Source: Pseudomonadota bacterium
GTDB lineage: Bacteria; Pseudomonadota; Alphaproteobacteria; Paracaedibacterales; CAIOTO01
Reading direction: 5' to 3'
NCBI GenBank assembly: GCA_040387495.1
Contig: JAZKDQ010000001.1
Location: 1 to 64,000, forward strand
DNA: 64,000 nucleotides
Shown here one piece after another: positions 44,228 to 54,331 of the stretch (position 1 is its first letter; the number at the start of each line of letters is the position of its first letter). The notes beneath the pieces are model-generated. The model was given only the letters and a program-made list of their open reading frames with translations, was not told the DNA's origin and searched no databases. Made by a program: the position numbers and the translations under genes.

Positions 44228-45067
44228 ATGAAAAAATATTTACTAGCGCTATTAGCATTATTTATATCCCATCTTTTCCTTGAAGCCGCAGAATATAAGG
44301 AGTCTATAGAAGATTATTTATTTCTGGACTCGTGCGGAGAAGCACCTTCACATGAGCATTTTGAATTTTTCTTTAGCAAAAAAGAGATTACTCAAAAAGA
44401 TGAGATTACAGAGAGTGATATTAAATTTGAAGTAGATCACATAAAAGGATTTCTTAAACATTTTGATTTAACAAATGCAAGAGATTGTAAAAATAGAGAA
44501 AGCATGTTGAATGCTTTAGACAAAGTTAGACACAAGTATAAAGGAATACTCGATTATCTGAAGAATTGTGCGCCTAGCGAATTAACATTTTCATGGGGTG
44601 ATATTGCGATTTCCTCTAGTAATGGGGGAGGGGGCAAATATAGCTCTAGTGATTTTATGCAAAAGAAAGGATGTCTTTATTTTTTTAAAAAGAACCTTTT
44701 GGATAAAGACAACCACTTTTTCACTAGAGTAAACATAGCTGATCAAGAAAGTATAGGGGATATCACGACTGAGTCACTTAAGCAGTGGCAAATTAATAAA
44801 CTTGAACGTCAGATGGTAAATTTTGAGCAATCAATTTCTTTTTTTACTTTTGAATCTTTAGAAAAAAATGTATTAGAGAGATTAAAAGCTGCATCTAACG
44901 GGTATAAAATCTCTCTTAATAATAAAAATATACATAATATTATTTGTTATAATAGGGAATTGGATTCATTGTTTACAGGTATGCTAAGTGGTTTGCGTGA
45001 TAATTTTCTAACTATTTGTATGACACATGAAAGTGTCTATCATTTTTATTCCAATATAACACAATGA
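44228..45067 (+). CDS. Hypothetical secreted protein
   Basis: Signal MKKYLLALLALFISHLFLEA; RBS AGGA; AT-rich. Confidence 0.7.
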   Translation: MKKYLLALLALFISHLFLEAAEYKESIEDYLFLDSCGEAPSHEHFEFFFSKKEITQKDEITESDIKFEVDHIKGFLKHFDLTNARDCKNRESMLNALDKVRHKYKGILDYLKNCAPSELTFSWGDIAISSSNGGGGKYSSSDFMQKKGCLYFFKKNLLDKDNHFFTRVNIADQESIGDITTESLKQWQINKLERQMVNFEQSISFFTFESLEKNVLERLKAASNGYKISLNNKNIHNIICYNRELDSLFTGMLSGLRDNFLTICMTHESVYHFYSNITQ

Positions 45068-45070
45068 GAA

Positions 45071-45376
45071 ATGGCTTTCTTTCCAGATAATTGTACTTCT
45101 ACTTTAGGTGAAGGATTAGTTGTTAACAGCAGCAGTGCACTAAAAGGAACTCTTCTTTGTGGGATTAACAGTTCTGTGGTAAATTCTATTTATACATTGT
45201 CAACAAGTACTTATGAAATTAACTTACATAAAAACATATTAACAACGCCTGTAACCAATTTTATTGGCGATTTAAGACTTTCAGGTGATGCACTCAATTT
45301 GTTGGGAAATATTACAACCACTTACTCTGGTGCAATATCTTTAAGCAATTATGGGGGTGTGTTTTTGTGTCATTAA
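45071..45376 (+). CDS. Small hypothetical ORF, possibly a beta-strand-rich gene fragment
   Basis: 101-aa ORF 3 nt after the upstream stop; S/T/N/G-rich. Confidence 0.3.
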   Translation: MAFFPDNCTSTLGEGLVVNSSSALKGTLLCGINSSVVNSIYTLSTSTYEINLHKNILTTPVTNFIGDLRLSGDALNLLGNITTTYSGAISLSNYGGVFLCH

Positions 45377-45455
45377 AAATATTAAAACAAATATTATTTG
45401 GGGCTTATAAAAAAATAAATGAGTAATATTTGTGCAATGTATCATCTCATCCCCA

Positions 45456-45575
45456 TGTCATCTTCGGACTTGATCTGAGGATCTTTATTATTGAGACGGC
45501 ATATAACTTGTTAAGTTACACTTAGTGTTTGCCTTTGTAGCATGAGAGATCTTCGGATCAAGTCCGAAGATGACA
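45456..45575. mobile_element. Palindromic REP-doublet/MITE-like element, copy B
   Basis: Perfect 20-bp terminal inverted repeats tgtcatcttcggacttgatc / gatcaagtccgaagatgaca. Confidence 0.8.
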
Positions 45576-45662
45576 CGTTTGGGAGTTGCTAAGAATTACT
45601 TATCCATTTTTCACCGGAATCCTTTTTACAAATCCACATAATATTGCGAATCTTATAAAATT

Positions 45663-46124
45663 TTACTGCAGATTCATCATTTGCCAAGCTTCTTGTGTTT
45701 TGCTTAGAAATATCAACGGCGCATCTGTTACAAACTTTACATTTGTCTGCCCGGTTTCGTCGTGGCCTGTAATAACTAAAAATGCAAAACCAACATCGTC
45801 TTTTGATATTTGATCATCCCCAATCATTGTGTGAACAGTTGTAAGGATTGAGCTTTGTTGTTCATCATCAAGAACCGGATAATGCACAATAAATGATAAA
45901 GAATTGTCATCTAACGACTGCAACATACCATAACGTTGACTTTGTGGTATGCCTGGAACGTCAGTTAACGTAAATTTTGTTTTATTCGGAAAGCCAACCA
46001 GCCCATCGTTGAAATAAAAAACATCATTGTTTGTGTATTCAATTGCACCAAGTCTTGATTCAATCACACCGTGCGTAATGGTGTTTTCTGCTGATGTTTT
46101 TTGTTTAGTATTGTGTTTTCTCAT
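45663..46124 (-). CDS. fliW: Flagellar assembly factor FliW-like
   Basis: IESRLGAIEY...FYFNDGLVGFP...LQSLDDNSLSFIV...APLI; lies after flgKL. Confidence 0.8.
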   Translation of the reverse strand: MRKHNTKQKTSAENTITHGVIESRLGAIEYTNNDVFYFNDGLVGFPNKTKFTLTDVPGIPQSQRYGMLQSLDDNSLSFIVHYPVLDDEQQSSILTTVHTMIGDDQISKDDVGFAFLVITGHDETGQTNVKFVTDAPLIFLSKTQEAWQMMNLQ

Positions 46125-46165
46125 GATTTTATCCTTCTATGTTTTTAAATTTATTTTAATTCACT

Positions 46166-47110
46166 CTAAGACTGAGGGAATCCTCTCAGAATTGTTTCAA
46201 TATTTCTGTGATCAAGAATGTGGTTCTTATTTAGTGTCTGCAATGTGATATCTCGTGAAGATTCTAATGTTCGTGAATTATCCATAGCCATGATTTGGGT
46301 GGTTTTGTTGGCATTTATGACCCGTTCTTCTTCAATGCAAACAAGCTCATCTGCCTTCTCGATTGCACTATTTAATTTTTGTTTTTCTGTTGATAGTTTA
46401 TATACTGCATGTGGAAAAGCGAAATCTACAGCATTCTCAATAAGTAGTTTGGCTTCATTAAATACAGCACCTATATTGTCTGGGGGGGTGACAGTTAGTA
46501 ACAATCGTGCAGCTTGAATTGTTTTTGCAAAGGCGTCATGTTTTCCGGTGATGGGGTAAAGATCAACCTGCAAATAGTCATTGATTTTGATTGACTGATC
46601 ATTTCCACTTTCACCCGTGTAATAGCTATAATCAAGACCTTGGCCACTTTTAATTTCGGGTAAGTCTTTTATATTGACAGATTTACCTTTAAGTTCTTTG
46701 CCTGCAAGCGTTTGGTTACCATGATCATCTCTGTTCATAATGCCTTGGATTTGGCTTATAAATCCTTTCACTTCTTCGTTAAGGGATTCTTTTGTCCTGC
46801 CATCAGGGCCAATGCTATTTATTAATTGCCGAAGGTCACTTGCTATTTTTTGAACATCATTTAGTTGTTGTGATATTTTTTTCTGTCGCTCAAGCTGCCT
46901 AATATTTTCTATTTTTTGTCCTTTAATTTCAGCTATCTTTTCTTGCCCAGAAATGCGAATAGCTGCATCACAATCAAGAAAAGTACCTAAATGTGGCGAT
47001 TTCATACGATCATATGTTTCACTTATGGCTGTGTCTATTTCTTTCATTTCTAAGCTTTTAATATTACCTGCTGAAATAAATAGTGGTAAGGTTGATGATA
47101 TTGACGACAT
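46166..47110 (-). CDS. flgL: Flagellar hook-filament junction protein FlgL-like, divergent
   Basis: Position after flgK; coiled-coil termini; IMNRDDHGNQTLAG and YYTG motifs. Confidence 0.65.
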   Translation of the reverse strand: MSSISSTLPLFISAGNIKSLEMKEIDTAISETYDRMKSPHLGTFLDCDAAIRISGQEKIAEIKGQKIENIRQLERQKKISQQLNDVQKIASDLRQLINSIGPDGRTKESLNEEVKGFISQIQGIMNRDDHGNQTLAGKELKGKSVNIKDLPEIKSGQGLDYSYYTGESGNDQSIKINDYLQVDLYPITGKHDAFAKTIQAARLLLTVTPPDNIGAVFNEAKLLIENAVDFAFPHAVYKLSTEKQKLNSAIEKADELVCIEEERVINANKTTQIMAMDNSRTLESSRDITLQTLNKNHILDHRNIETILRGFPQS

Positions 47111-47123
47111 GGTACAATCCTCG

Positions 47124-48965
47124 TTATATTATCTTAAATATAGAATCATTCATTCTATATGAAATACTCATAGCTTTTGAAAGTATATCGATAGATTTAT
47201 TTGTTTCTAGCAAGTCTAGCAATACTTGTTTCTCATTTACTTTGCTTTTTTCTCCGGATCTCTTTGCTAATCCAATATAAACAAATTTTTCACTTTTAAG
47301 TTTCTCAACTGTTCTTTCGGTATCGATTTTTTGCATGTTGATTATATCGATCGCATACGATTTTAAATTTGTTCTAGTTGCTGATGACATAGGCGTTTGA
47401 TTGAATGAAGTGTTTGAGTCATTGTAGGCATTTGCCAATAATGAAATGGTGCTTGAATCACCTGAATTTAGAGCTTTGCCTGTGAAGTTTATGTTCCCAT
47501 CTAATTTGCCGCATGAAAGTCTGCTGCCATGTGACTCGACAATATCTTTACGCACAGCAATAGATGATGAAATACCTTTGCTCGATCCGCCAAGGCTTTG
47601 CTCATTTGTTTCAAATAAATTATTAAGGCCAAAGAAGTGAGATACATTTGTACTATTGTTTACATTACATGTAGACGACGTACTTAATGATGCAATTTGT
47701 TTTTCGACTGAACCAATAACTACTCCTAATGAAGGGTTGTTTGACTTTAGTTGAAAACGGCCATCATCTGTAATAGAGGCCACAACACCTGAGCCAGGGT
47801 CCAAATAATTAATTCTATCCATTAAATCTTGAATTGTTGCAACACTGGTTAAATCAATATCCACATGCTGTGCTAATTCTCCTGTTATAGGATCAGCTGT
47901 TCCGATTCGAACGGTTCCCATACCTGAAATAGCAGTGTTGCCTGTGATATCAGAAATACCAGGGACGCCAACAGTCCCCGTTAACGTGGATGGAGGGTCG
48001 AGTGATACACCTAGATTATGTATGCTATTAAACGTGTCGCGTAGTGCTCTTGTGTATTCATCCAGTTGTGCCTGAAGGTCAGGCAACACTTTGTCATGTA
48101 ACTGCATTAAACCCGACAGCCGACCTGTTTGACCGTTTCCTAAAATGGTTGTGCTAATGTCAACAGTCCGATTATCAACTGTTTGAATAGATAAAGCGCT
48201 GGCTCCTTTGGAATCGTCATAACGTATCGTTGCGCAATTTCCACCTTGAAGAATATTGTTTTCACTTTTATCAAATATTTCAACATCAAACGCATTAAGT
48301 GTGCTCGTTCGTATGCCCAGTTGTTCAGCTAAAGCTTGTAGGCTAACGCGTCTTTGATCTTCATATGTAAGTTGTTCTGATGATTTTTCAAATGATATGC
48401 TAATACTTTTATTTAACCTTGTAATATCCTCGAGGCACTTATTTGTTTGTGCAACAGAATTAGTAATGTCATTACCGACTTCTTTACGTAAGTTTTTAAT
48501 TTCTGAGGCTAGTTTGGTAATGCTTGCAGCATGGTTTGTTAACTCACGAATCGCATCTTTGGTGTAAATAGCTTGCCCTAGATTTGATTGAAGTGCAGAG
48601 AGAGCATTTGACATTTTTCCACCGATATGGGCGAATGAATTTTGCTCATCTTTTCCGCCAAAGAGTGCTAAAATGCCATGGTAGTATTTCTCCATAGATT
48701 CAGTGCCAGATACAAGGCTGCTTTGATCTCGAACTTCTTTAATTAATTTTTCATCAAAGTTTTGTTGTAATTCCGATGCTTTTACACCTGAAATGCCATT
48801 TAATTGAATAATACGATCACGTGATATATAGCCATTAACGTCTTTGTTAGTCAGGTTCTCATCAAGCGTAGCTGCTTTCATGCGATGCGCATTAATTCCT
48901 GACATTAGTTTATGAGAGGAGTTGTAATTTACAGAATCTTGGTTAAAGCCTATTTCTGGTGGCAT
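47124..48965 (-). CDS. flgK: Flagellar hook-associated protein FlgK, divergent
   Basis: ENLTNKDVNGYISR, ITRLNKSI, EDQRRVSLQALAE, GRLSGLMQLHD, FNSIHNLG. Confidence 0.85.
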   Translation of the reverse strand: MPPEIGFNQDSVNYNSSHKLMSGINAHRMKAATLDENLTNKDVNGYISRDRIIQLNGISGVKASELQQNFDEKLIKEVRDQSSLVSGTESMEKYYHGILALFGGKDEQNSFAHIGGKMSNALSALQSNLGQAIYTKDAIRELTNHAASITKLASEIKNLRKEVGNDITNSVAQTNKCLEDITRLNKSISISFEKSSEQLTYEDQRRVSLQALAEQLGIRTSTLNAFDVEIFDKSENNILQGGNCATIRYDDSKGASALSIQTVDNRTVDISTTILGNGQTGRLSGLMQLHDKVLPDLQAQLDEYTRALRDTFNSIHNLGVSLDPPSTLTGTVGVPGISDITGNTAISGMGTVRIGTADPITGELAQHVDIDLTSVATIQDLMDRINYLDPGSGVVASITDDGRFQLKSNNPSLGVVIGSVEKQIASLSTSSTCNVNNSTNVSHFFGLNNLFETNEQSLGGSSKGISSSIAVRKDIVESHGSRLSCGKLDGNINFTGKALNSGDSSTISLLANAYNDSNTSFNQTPMSSATRTNLKSYAIDIINMQKIDTERTVEKLKSEKFVYIGLAKRSGEKSKVNEKQVLLDLLETNKSIDILSKAMSISYRMNDSIFKII

Positions 48966-48998
48966 GGATGTAGTGCTTTCTTACTTTTAAATGCTTCT

Positions 48999-49451
48999 TT
49001 AAAGTGTTTGTGACAGGGCTACTGGTTGACTCCACTGGGCAGATTTTGATTGACCTTTATTTGTGTAGCAGTATTTATTTATTTTGTTAAGTGCTGTAAA
49101 AAAAATATCCATTATTCGGTGACTATATTCTTGTGCATTATTAAGGTATTCGTAGTTTTCTTTTGATTTCATCATAAATTCATTGTTAGCCTTGGAAAGG
49201 CTGATAAGGTCATCGCGTGATAGTGCTTTTAAAGAAAGTAGTTGGTTTATGTCATTCATTATTCTTTCATATCGATCGCTGCATGCCTTTTTCAAAGGTA
49301 ATAATTCGATGAGACTGTTTGTGTCATGTTCTTTAATGCAGGTATTTTCGCGATCCATAACATCAATAAAATCTTTAACGCATGGATAAAAATTGGAAAG
49401 CGTTTCCAATACATTTATGTCGCTTGTGTTTTGATTATGCATGTTGATCAT
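48999..49451 (-). CDS. Putative FlgN-like export chaperone
   Basis: 150-aa helical ORF between flgJ and flgK; GGAGG before ATG 49451; C-terminal YTNKG. Confidence 0.55.
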   Translation of the reverse strand: MINMHNQNTSDINVLETLSNFYPCVKDFIDVMDRENTCIKEHDTNSLIELLPLKKACSDRYERIMNDINQLLSLKALSRDDLISLSKANNEFMMKSKENYEYLNNAQEYSHRIMDIFFTALNKINKYCYTNKGQSKSAQWSQPVALSQTL

Positions 49452-49767
49452 GTATCCCTCCCTGTTGTAGTTGGTTGGGTTCTTGGTAGCTTCGGTCAAG
49501 GGCCTTAATAATGTACTTAGCAATGCCAACACCTGTTTTTGCAGCTTGTTTTGCAGCAGCGTCAACCCATAAGGATTGATACATTTCAGAACTATGGCCC
49601 GCACCAAATAAACCGCCCTCTGTGTCTTTTGGAATAATGTTTGTAAAAAAGAATTTTAGAAACATTTCTTCATAGTCATGTGCGGCTTTTATTTTGTCTT
49701 CTTTTGTTATTGGTTTATTGAGAGGCATCATTGTTGTGGTTTCTCTCGCTGTTGCTATGACTGACAT
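49435..49767 (-). CDS. flgJ: Short FlgJ (rod-binding domain only)
   Basis: AAHDYEEMFL...GLFGAGHSSEMYQSL...GVGIA; follows flgI. Confidence 0.8.
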   Translation of the reverse strand: MSVIATARETTTMMPLNKPITKEDKIKAAHDYEEMFLKFFFTNIIPKDTEGGLFGAGHSSEMYQSLWVDAAAKQAAKTGVGIAKYIIKALDRSYQEPNQLQQGGIHDQHA

Positions 49768-49777
49768 AAATACCTCC

Positions 49778-51394
49778 CTAATTCATTATGATTTCGGCAT
49801 GCAAAGCGCCGGCGTTTTTGATTGTCATGAGAATCGATCCCATATCTTTAACGGATACACCCAGTTGATTAAGTGCGTTTACAAATTTTTCAAGCGTGGG
49901 ACCGGAACTTAATAGATTGAATCGACCCTTTTCTTCACGAACATTCACTTTTGTTTGAGACGTGATAACTGGTTCAAAGGCTTTTGCGCCACCAAGTGTT
50001 TCTTTCCCAGGTGTATTGCCGTTGGCTTGATTGATTTGTTGTTGGTTACCTGCAGCATTTGATATTTGTTGCTGCTGTTGTGTGATTTGGAGTTGTTGTT
50101 GGAAGTAATCTTTGAGCTGGGTCACTTGCAATGCGTTTAGGGATTCCATTTGCTTCTTTTGATTGGTCAGTTGATTGATGAGAGTTTGATTTTTTGGTGT
50201 TTTAGTATCTTCTGTGTAAATTTCTCTGGTGATTTTAGTTATATCTGCGGTTTGCTTTTTTTCTAATGCTTCTAGCTGTTCTTTTTGTAATTGCACAGTG
50301 GCACTGGTTTGCTTTGCAAAATCTGCTAATTGTGTTGGGTTCAATCCAATTACATTGTTTACTGTAGGCATAATGCCACCATTGGGTAGATTTGGCATAT
50401 ATACTTCGGGAATCTCAACAATCCTAACTACTGTTGATCCGCTAGCTACGCCGCACGGGCTCATCTTAACGCCGCTGGTAACAACAATGACGTCTTTTTG
50501 TGTGTCAATCAGGACTTTTGCTTTTTGATCAGGCTGTATTTGTAAGTGACCAACTTCGTGAAAGAAGTCAAATGGACGCACATTCTTTGGTAACTTAATA
50601 TGTATCGTTCCCATATCAAGTGGTTTTGCAATCTCTGAGCCCCACTTTTTTTGTATGCCATAGGCATTAATTGCCTCGGCGATACGTTTTGCTGTTGTGA
50701 AATCTGGCGTATTAAGCAACATTTTAATTTCTTTAATGTCAGCTAGCTCGTAACCTACTTCTTTTTCAATAAGTCCGCCGTTTGATATTTTTCCAGCTGT
50801 TGGAACACCTTTTGTTTGAGATGCATTTGCGCCTGTTGCTGAAAAACCAGAAACAGCAATGTTTCCTTGTCCAACTGCATAGACATTAGAGTCCGCGCCT
50901 AATAGTGGGGTGACGAGTAATGTGCCGCCTTGTAAGCTTTGCGCATCACCAATAGCAGATACGTTTACATCAACGCGTGCACCGGATCGTGCAAATGCAG
51001 GAAGTGTTGCTGTTACCATAACTGCTGCTACGTTTTTACCAGACATTTTTCCATCACGTACATTTACACCAAGGCGCTCCAGCATGCTGATTAGGCTTTC
51101 TTGTGTTTGTGGAGAGCTTGCTAATGTATCACCTGTTCCACTAAGGCCGACGACAAGTCCATATCCGACAAGGTGGTTTTCACGCACGCCTTGGATTTGT
51201 GTGACATCTTTAATCCGTATATTTGGTTCAATATCTTGGAAGTCTCGGTTTTTAAATGTCTCTTGGATCACAAGTGGTTTTGGCTCTGGTGGAGGTGCGT
51301 CCTCAGCACATGCTAGCGTGCAAGAGAACACGAGCAGTGTAAAGCTAAGCAGTATCTTAATGTTTGATACAATTGACACGTGATAAAAACCCAA
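49778..51394 (-). CDS. flgI: Flagellar P-ring protein FlgI with a large insertion
   Basis: RIKDV, RENHLVGYGLVVGLSGTGD, KNVAAVMVTATLP, SLQGGTLLVTPL, NALNQLG, AGALHAE. Confidence 0.95.
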   Translation of the reverse strand: MGFYHVSIVSNIKILLSFTLLVFSCTLACAEDAPPPEPKPLVIQETFKNRDFQDIEPNIRIKDVTQIQGVRENHLVGYGLVVGLSGTGDTLASSPQTQESLISMLERLGVNVRDGKMSGKNVAAVMVTATLPAFARSGARVDVNVSAIGDAQSLQGGTLLVTPLLGADSNVYAVGQGNIAVSGFSATGANASQTKGVPTAGKISNGGLIEKEVGYELADIKEIKMLLNTPDFTTAKRIAEAINAYGIQKKWGSEIAKPLDMGTIHIKLPKNVRPFDFFHEVGHLQIQPDQKAKVLIDTQKDVIVVTSGVKMSPCGVASGSTVVRIVEIPEVYMPNLPNGGIMPTVNNVIGLNPTQLADFAKQTSATVQLQKEQLEALEKKQTADITKITREIYTEDTKTPKNQTLINQLTNQKKQMESLNALQVTQLKDYFQQQLQITQQQQQISNAAGNQQQINQANGNTPGKETLGGAKAFEPVITSQTKVNVREEKGRFNLLSSGPTLEKFVNALNQLGVSVKDMGSILMTIKNAGALHAEIIMN

Positions 51395-51419
51395 AAATTA
51401 TCCTAATTGATTGTTAGTA

Positions 51420-51435
51420 TGCAAGTTATGTGCCA
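51420..51435 (-). promoter_or_regulatory. Sigma-54 (-24/-12) promoter of the flgI operon
   Basis: Minus strand reads TGGCAC-ATAAC-TTGCA, 26 nt upstream of flgI. Confidence 0.85.
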
Positions 51436-51530
51436 AAAGGATGTGCTACTTGTATGCTCTCCCGCTTGACCGCACGATTTAAGCAAACTATCATCAAAAA
51501 TAACAATTAAATGATTCTCAAAGGATCGAT

Positions 51531-52979
51531 ATGAGCTTTCGCGCCATTCTCTTTATCATTGGTATTTTGCTAAGCGGGCTTGCCGCCACCATGAGCATTC
51601 CATTACTTGTAGATGCCTTTATTTATGACACAAAGGATTGGCATTCGTTTTTGATGGGAATGTGTGTCACAGGTTTTTTTGGGTCAGCCATGGCCCTTGC
51701 AAGCCGTCCTGAAGGTAAAATTCAACTTGGTACCCGAGAAGCCTTTATTATGACCACATTAATTTGGATTATGATGAGTGTTTTTGCAGCACTTCCGATT
51801 TATTGGTCTAGATTGAATATTAGTTTTATTGATTCGTGTTTTGAGGCAGTTTCCGCACTAACAACGACAGGATCAACAGTTCTTGTGGGGCTTGATACAA
51901 TGCCAAAGGGGCTCTTGCTTTGGCGATCGATTTTACAATGGCTTGGTGGCGTTGGTATTGTGGTGATGGCCATGACTATCTTTCCGGCGCTGCGTATTGG
52001 CGGAATGCAGCTCTTTAGAAGTGAATTTTCGGATAGATCTGAAAAGATTTTGCCACGTGTATCTCAAATTGCATCAGCGATTCTTGTCACCTATGTGTGT
52101 TTTTCTTTGATGTGTTTTGTAATGCTTTTGCTGGCAGGAATGACAACATTTGACGCAATATGTCACGCCATGACGTCAATCTCAACGGGGGGACTTTCAA
52201 CGTATGATGCCTCTATTGCTGCCTTTAATAGCCCATTGATTGAAGCAATTTTATGTTTCTTTATGTTCATTGGGGGAAGTGCCCTTATTCTCTATGTACG
52301 TTTATGGAATCGAGATTGGAAGGCTATTCGTGATAGTCAATTACGTGTATATGCAGGCTTTACATTTTGCAGTATTGTTGTGCTTACTTTCTGGTATTTC
52401 TGTACGCAAAACCAACCTCTTTTAACATCCTTTAGGTATTGTAGTTTTTCTGTTATTTCAGTGATTACGTCAACAGGATATACGTTGAGTAATTATTCAT
52501 TATGGGGGTCCTTTGCATCATTACTCTTTTTTATGCTGAGTTTTTCAGGAGGATGTACTGGGTCAACAACAGGCGGTATTAAAATATTCCGTTTTCAAGT
52601 GTTGTACGAGTTGGCTAAAAGTCATCTTCATCAATTAAGGCGTCCATATGGCGTGTATGTTCCAATGTATCAAAACCATAAAATTACAGAAGCAGTGGCT
52701 TTCTCTGTTTTTACATTTTTGATTTTGTATTGTTTATCGCTTGCTATTATTTCTTCAGCGCTATCTGCTATGGGGCTTGATTTTTTAACGAGTCTTAGTG
52801 GTGCCGCGGCATCGCTTGGTAATGTTGGACCCGGCCTGGGACCCATCGTTGGGCCTGGGGCAACATTTGCATCAATTAACTCAGGATCAAAAGCCATTAT
52901 GATGTTTGGTATGATCCTGGGCAGACTTGAATTGCTGACAGTGCTGGTTTTGTTTATGCCGTCTTTTTGGCGTGATTGA
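51531..52979 (+). CDS. trkH: Trk potassium uptake membrane protein
   Basis: FEAVSALTTTG, QWLGGVG, ISTGG, GGCTGSTTGGIK, LGNVGPG, GRLE. Confidence 0.96.
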   Translation: MSFRAILFIIGILLSGLAATMSIPLLVDAFIYDTKDWHSFLMGMCVTGFFGSAMALASRPEGKIQLGTREAFIMTTLIWIMMSVFAALPIYWSRLNISFIDSCFEAVSALTTTGSTVLVGLDTMPKGLLLWRSILQWLGGVGIVVMAMTIFPALRIGGMQLFRSEFSDRSEKILPRVSQIASAILVTYVCFSLMCFVMLLLAGMTTFDAICHAMTSISTGGLSTYDASIAAFNSPLIEAILCFFMFIGGSALILYVRLWNRDWKAIRDSQLRVYAGFTFCSIVVLTFWYFCTQNQPLLTSFRYCSFSVISVITSTGYTLSNYSLWGSFASLLFFMLSFSGGCTGSTTGGIKIFRFQVLYELAKSHLHQLRRPYGVYVPMYQNHKITEAVAFSVFTFLILYCLSLAIISSALSAMGLDFLTSLSGAAASLGNVGPGLGPIVGPGATFASINSGSKAIMMFGMILGRLELLTVLVLFMPSFWRD

Positions 52980-53066
52980 TATAGCGCTTCCAGTTTAATG
53001 TATATTACGTCTAATTTATGTATTTTCTGGACGTGATCCACGCATCTCAAAGGAAAAGATCTCAAT

Positions 53067-53096
53067 AAAAAACCCGGCTTTATAGAAGGCCGGGTT
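53067..53096 (-). terminator. Rho-independent terminator after rpsT
   Basis: Plus strand aaaaaacccggctt-tatag-aaggccgggtt. Confidence 0.8.
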
Positions 53097-53124
53097 AATT
53101 GATGTTTAATTCCTATACGTATTG

Positions 53125-53397
53125 CTACGCGAGTGCTTTAACTCTTTTAGCTAAGCGTGAAACTTTGCGTGCTGCTGTATTTTTGTGCATCATACCTTTG
53201 CTAACGCCGCGCATCAATTGACGCTCAGCTGCAACAAGAGCTATTTCAGCTGTAGCTTTGTCTTGAGCTAGTGGTGTTTCTAACATACGTTCAATTTTTC
53301 GAACTTCTGTGCGGATACGTGATACACGGTTTTTATTAACAAGTGTTTGACGTACTGTTTTGCGAATGCACTTTTCTGCAGACGAATGGGAAGCCAT
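53125..53397 (-). CDS. rpsT: 30S ribosomal protein S20
   Basis: MASHSSAEK...[12 protein letters not shown]. Confidence 0.97.
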   Translation of the reverse strand: MASHSSAEKCIRKTVRQTLVNKNRVSRIRTEVRKIERMLETPLAQDKATAEIALVAAERQLMRGVSKGMMHKNTAARKVSRLAKRVKALA

Positions 53398-53498
53398 GAA
53401 ATGTCCTTTTCAATGCGTTATAATAAAACTTTTAATGGATTCTGGCATGATATTTTTTAAAAGTCAAGTTTTTGCTGATGCTTTTTATACCGTTTCAT

Positions 53499-54305
53499 CT
53501 ACTTACTAAATAACACTGCAGTTAGTATATAATTTACGCATAAAATCATGATTGATGATGCCACAACCGCGTTTGTTGTTGCACGACCAACACCCTCGGC
53601 GCCGCGTGCAGATTGGTATCCATGATAACAACCCATAAGCGTAATAACTACACCAAAAACAGCGGCTTTAATTAAACCAGATATAACATCTTGCGCCTTT
53701 AAAAACTTTATTGTTTGGTTTATATATGTCGCTGAATTGAAGTCTAATTTATAAACGCCAACTAAATAACCACCTAAGACGCCAATACAATCGGCGATTA
53801 GCACGAGGAATGGTAACGTTATAAGGCCAGCTAATAAGCGTGGGAATACTAAATACTTAAATGGGTTTGTTGAAAGCGTTGTTAATGCATCGATTTGTTC
53901 TGTTACCCGCATTGTGCCAATCTCTGCTGCCATTGATGCACCAACTCGTCCAGCTACCATGAGCCCAGCCAATACCGGCCCTAATTCACGGGTTATTGTT
54001 ACAACAACAACGGTGGCAATGGCGCTGGAGGCGTTGAAACGAGAAAAACCCGTGTGGCATTGAAGTGCTAGAACCATGCCAGTAAAAATTGCCGTCAATC
54101 CAACTACGGGTAGAGAATAAAAGCCAATCTGTAAAAATTGCTTTAAAATCTCATGGCCATACCATGGAGGCCTAAAAGCACTTATTATTGCATTTAAAAG
54201 AAAATGAACAATACGGCCGATATTTGTTAACAAGAGCAATATAATACGACCGATACTTGCCAGCCAGAGCAATATGGAGTGGCTAATTTTGCTTAGAATG
54301 GGCAT
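53499..54305 (-). CDS. mlaE: MlaE-family ABC permease
   Basis: RELGPVLAGLMVAGRVG, AEIGTMRVTEQIDAL, GAEGVGRATT. Confidence 0.95.
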   Translation of the reverse strand: MPILSKISHSILLWLASIGRIILLLLTNIGRIVHFLLNAIISAFRPPWYGHEILKQFLQIGFYSLPVVGLTAIFTGMVLALQCHTGFSRFNASSAIATVVVVTITRELGPVLAGLMVAGRVGASMAAEIGTMRVTEQIDALTTLSTNPFKYLVFPRLLAGLITLPFLVLIADCIGVLGGYLVGVYKLDFNSATYINQTIKFLKAQDVISGLIKAAVFGVVITLMGCYHGYQSARGAEGVGRATTNAVVASSIMILCVNYILTAVLFSK

Positions 54306-54331
54306 AAATCAATCTTTCATTCAAATGTTTC

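Noticed and set aside
46482..46488. G7 run within flgL
   Set aside because: In frame (Thr-Pro-Pro codons) and short; no sign of phase variation.
49452..49607. Extended start of the 202-aa ORF
   Set aside because: Overlaps flgJ extensively; the RBS supports ATG 49451.
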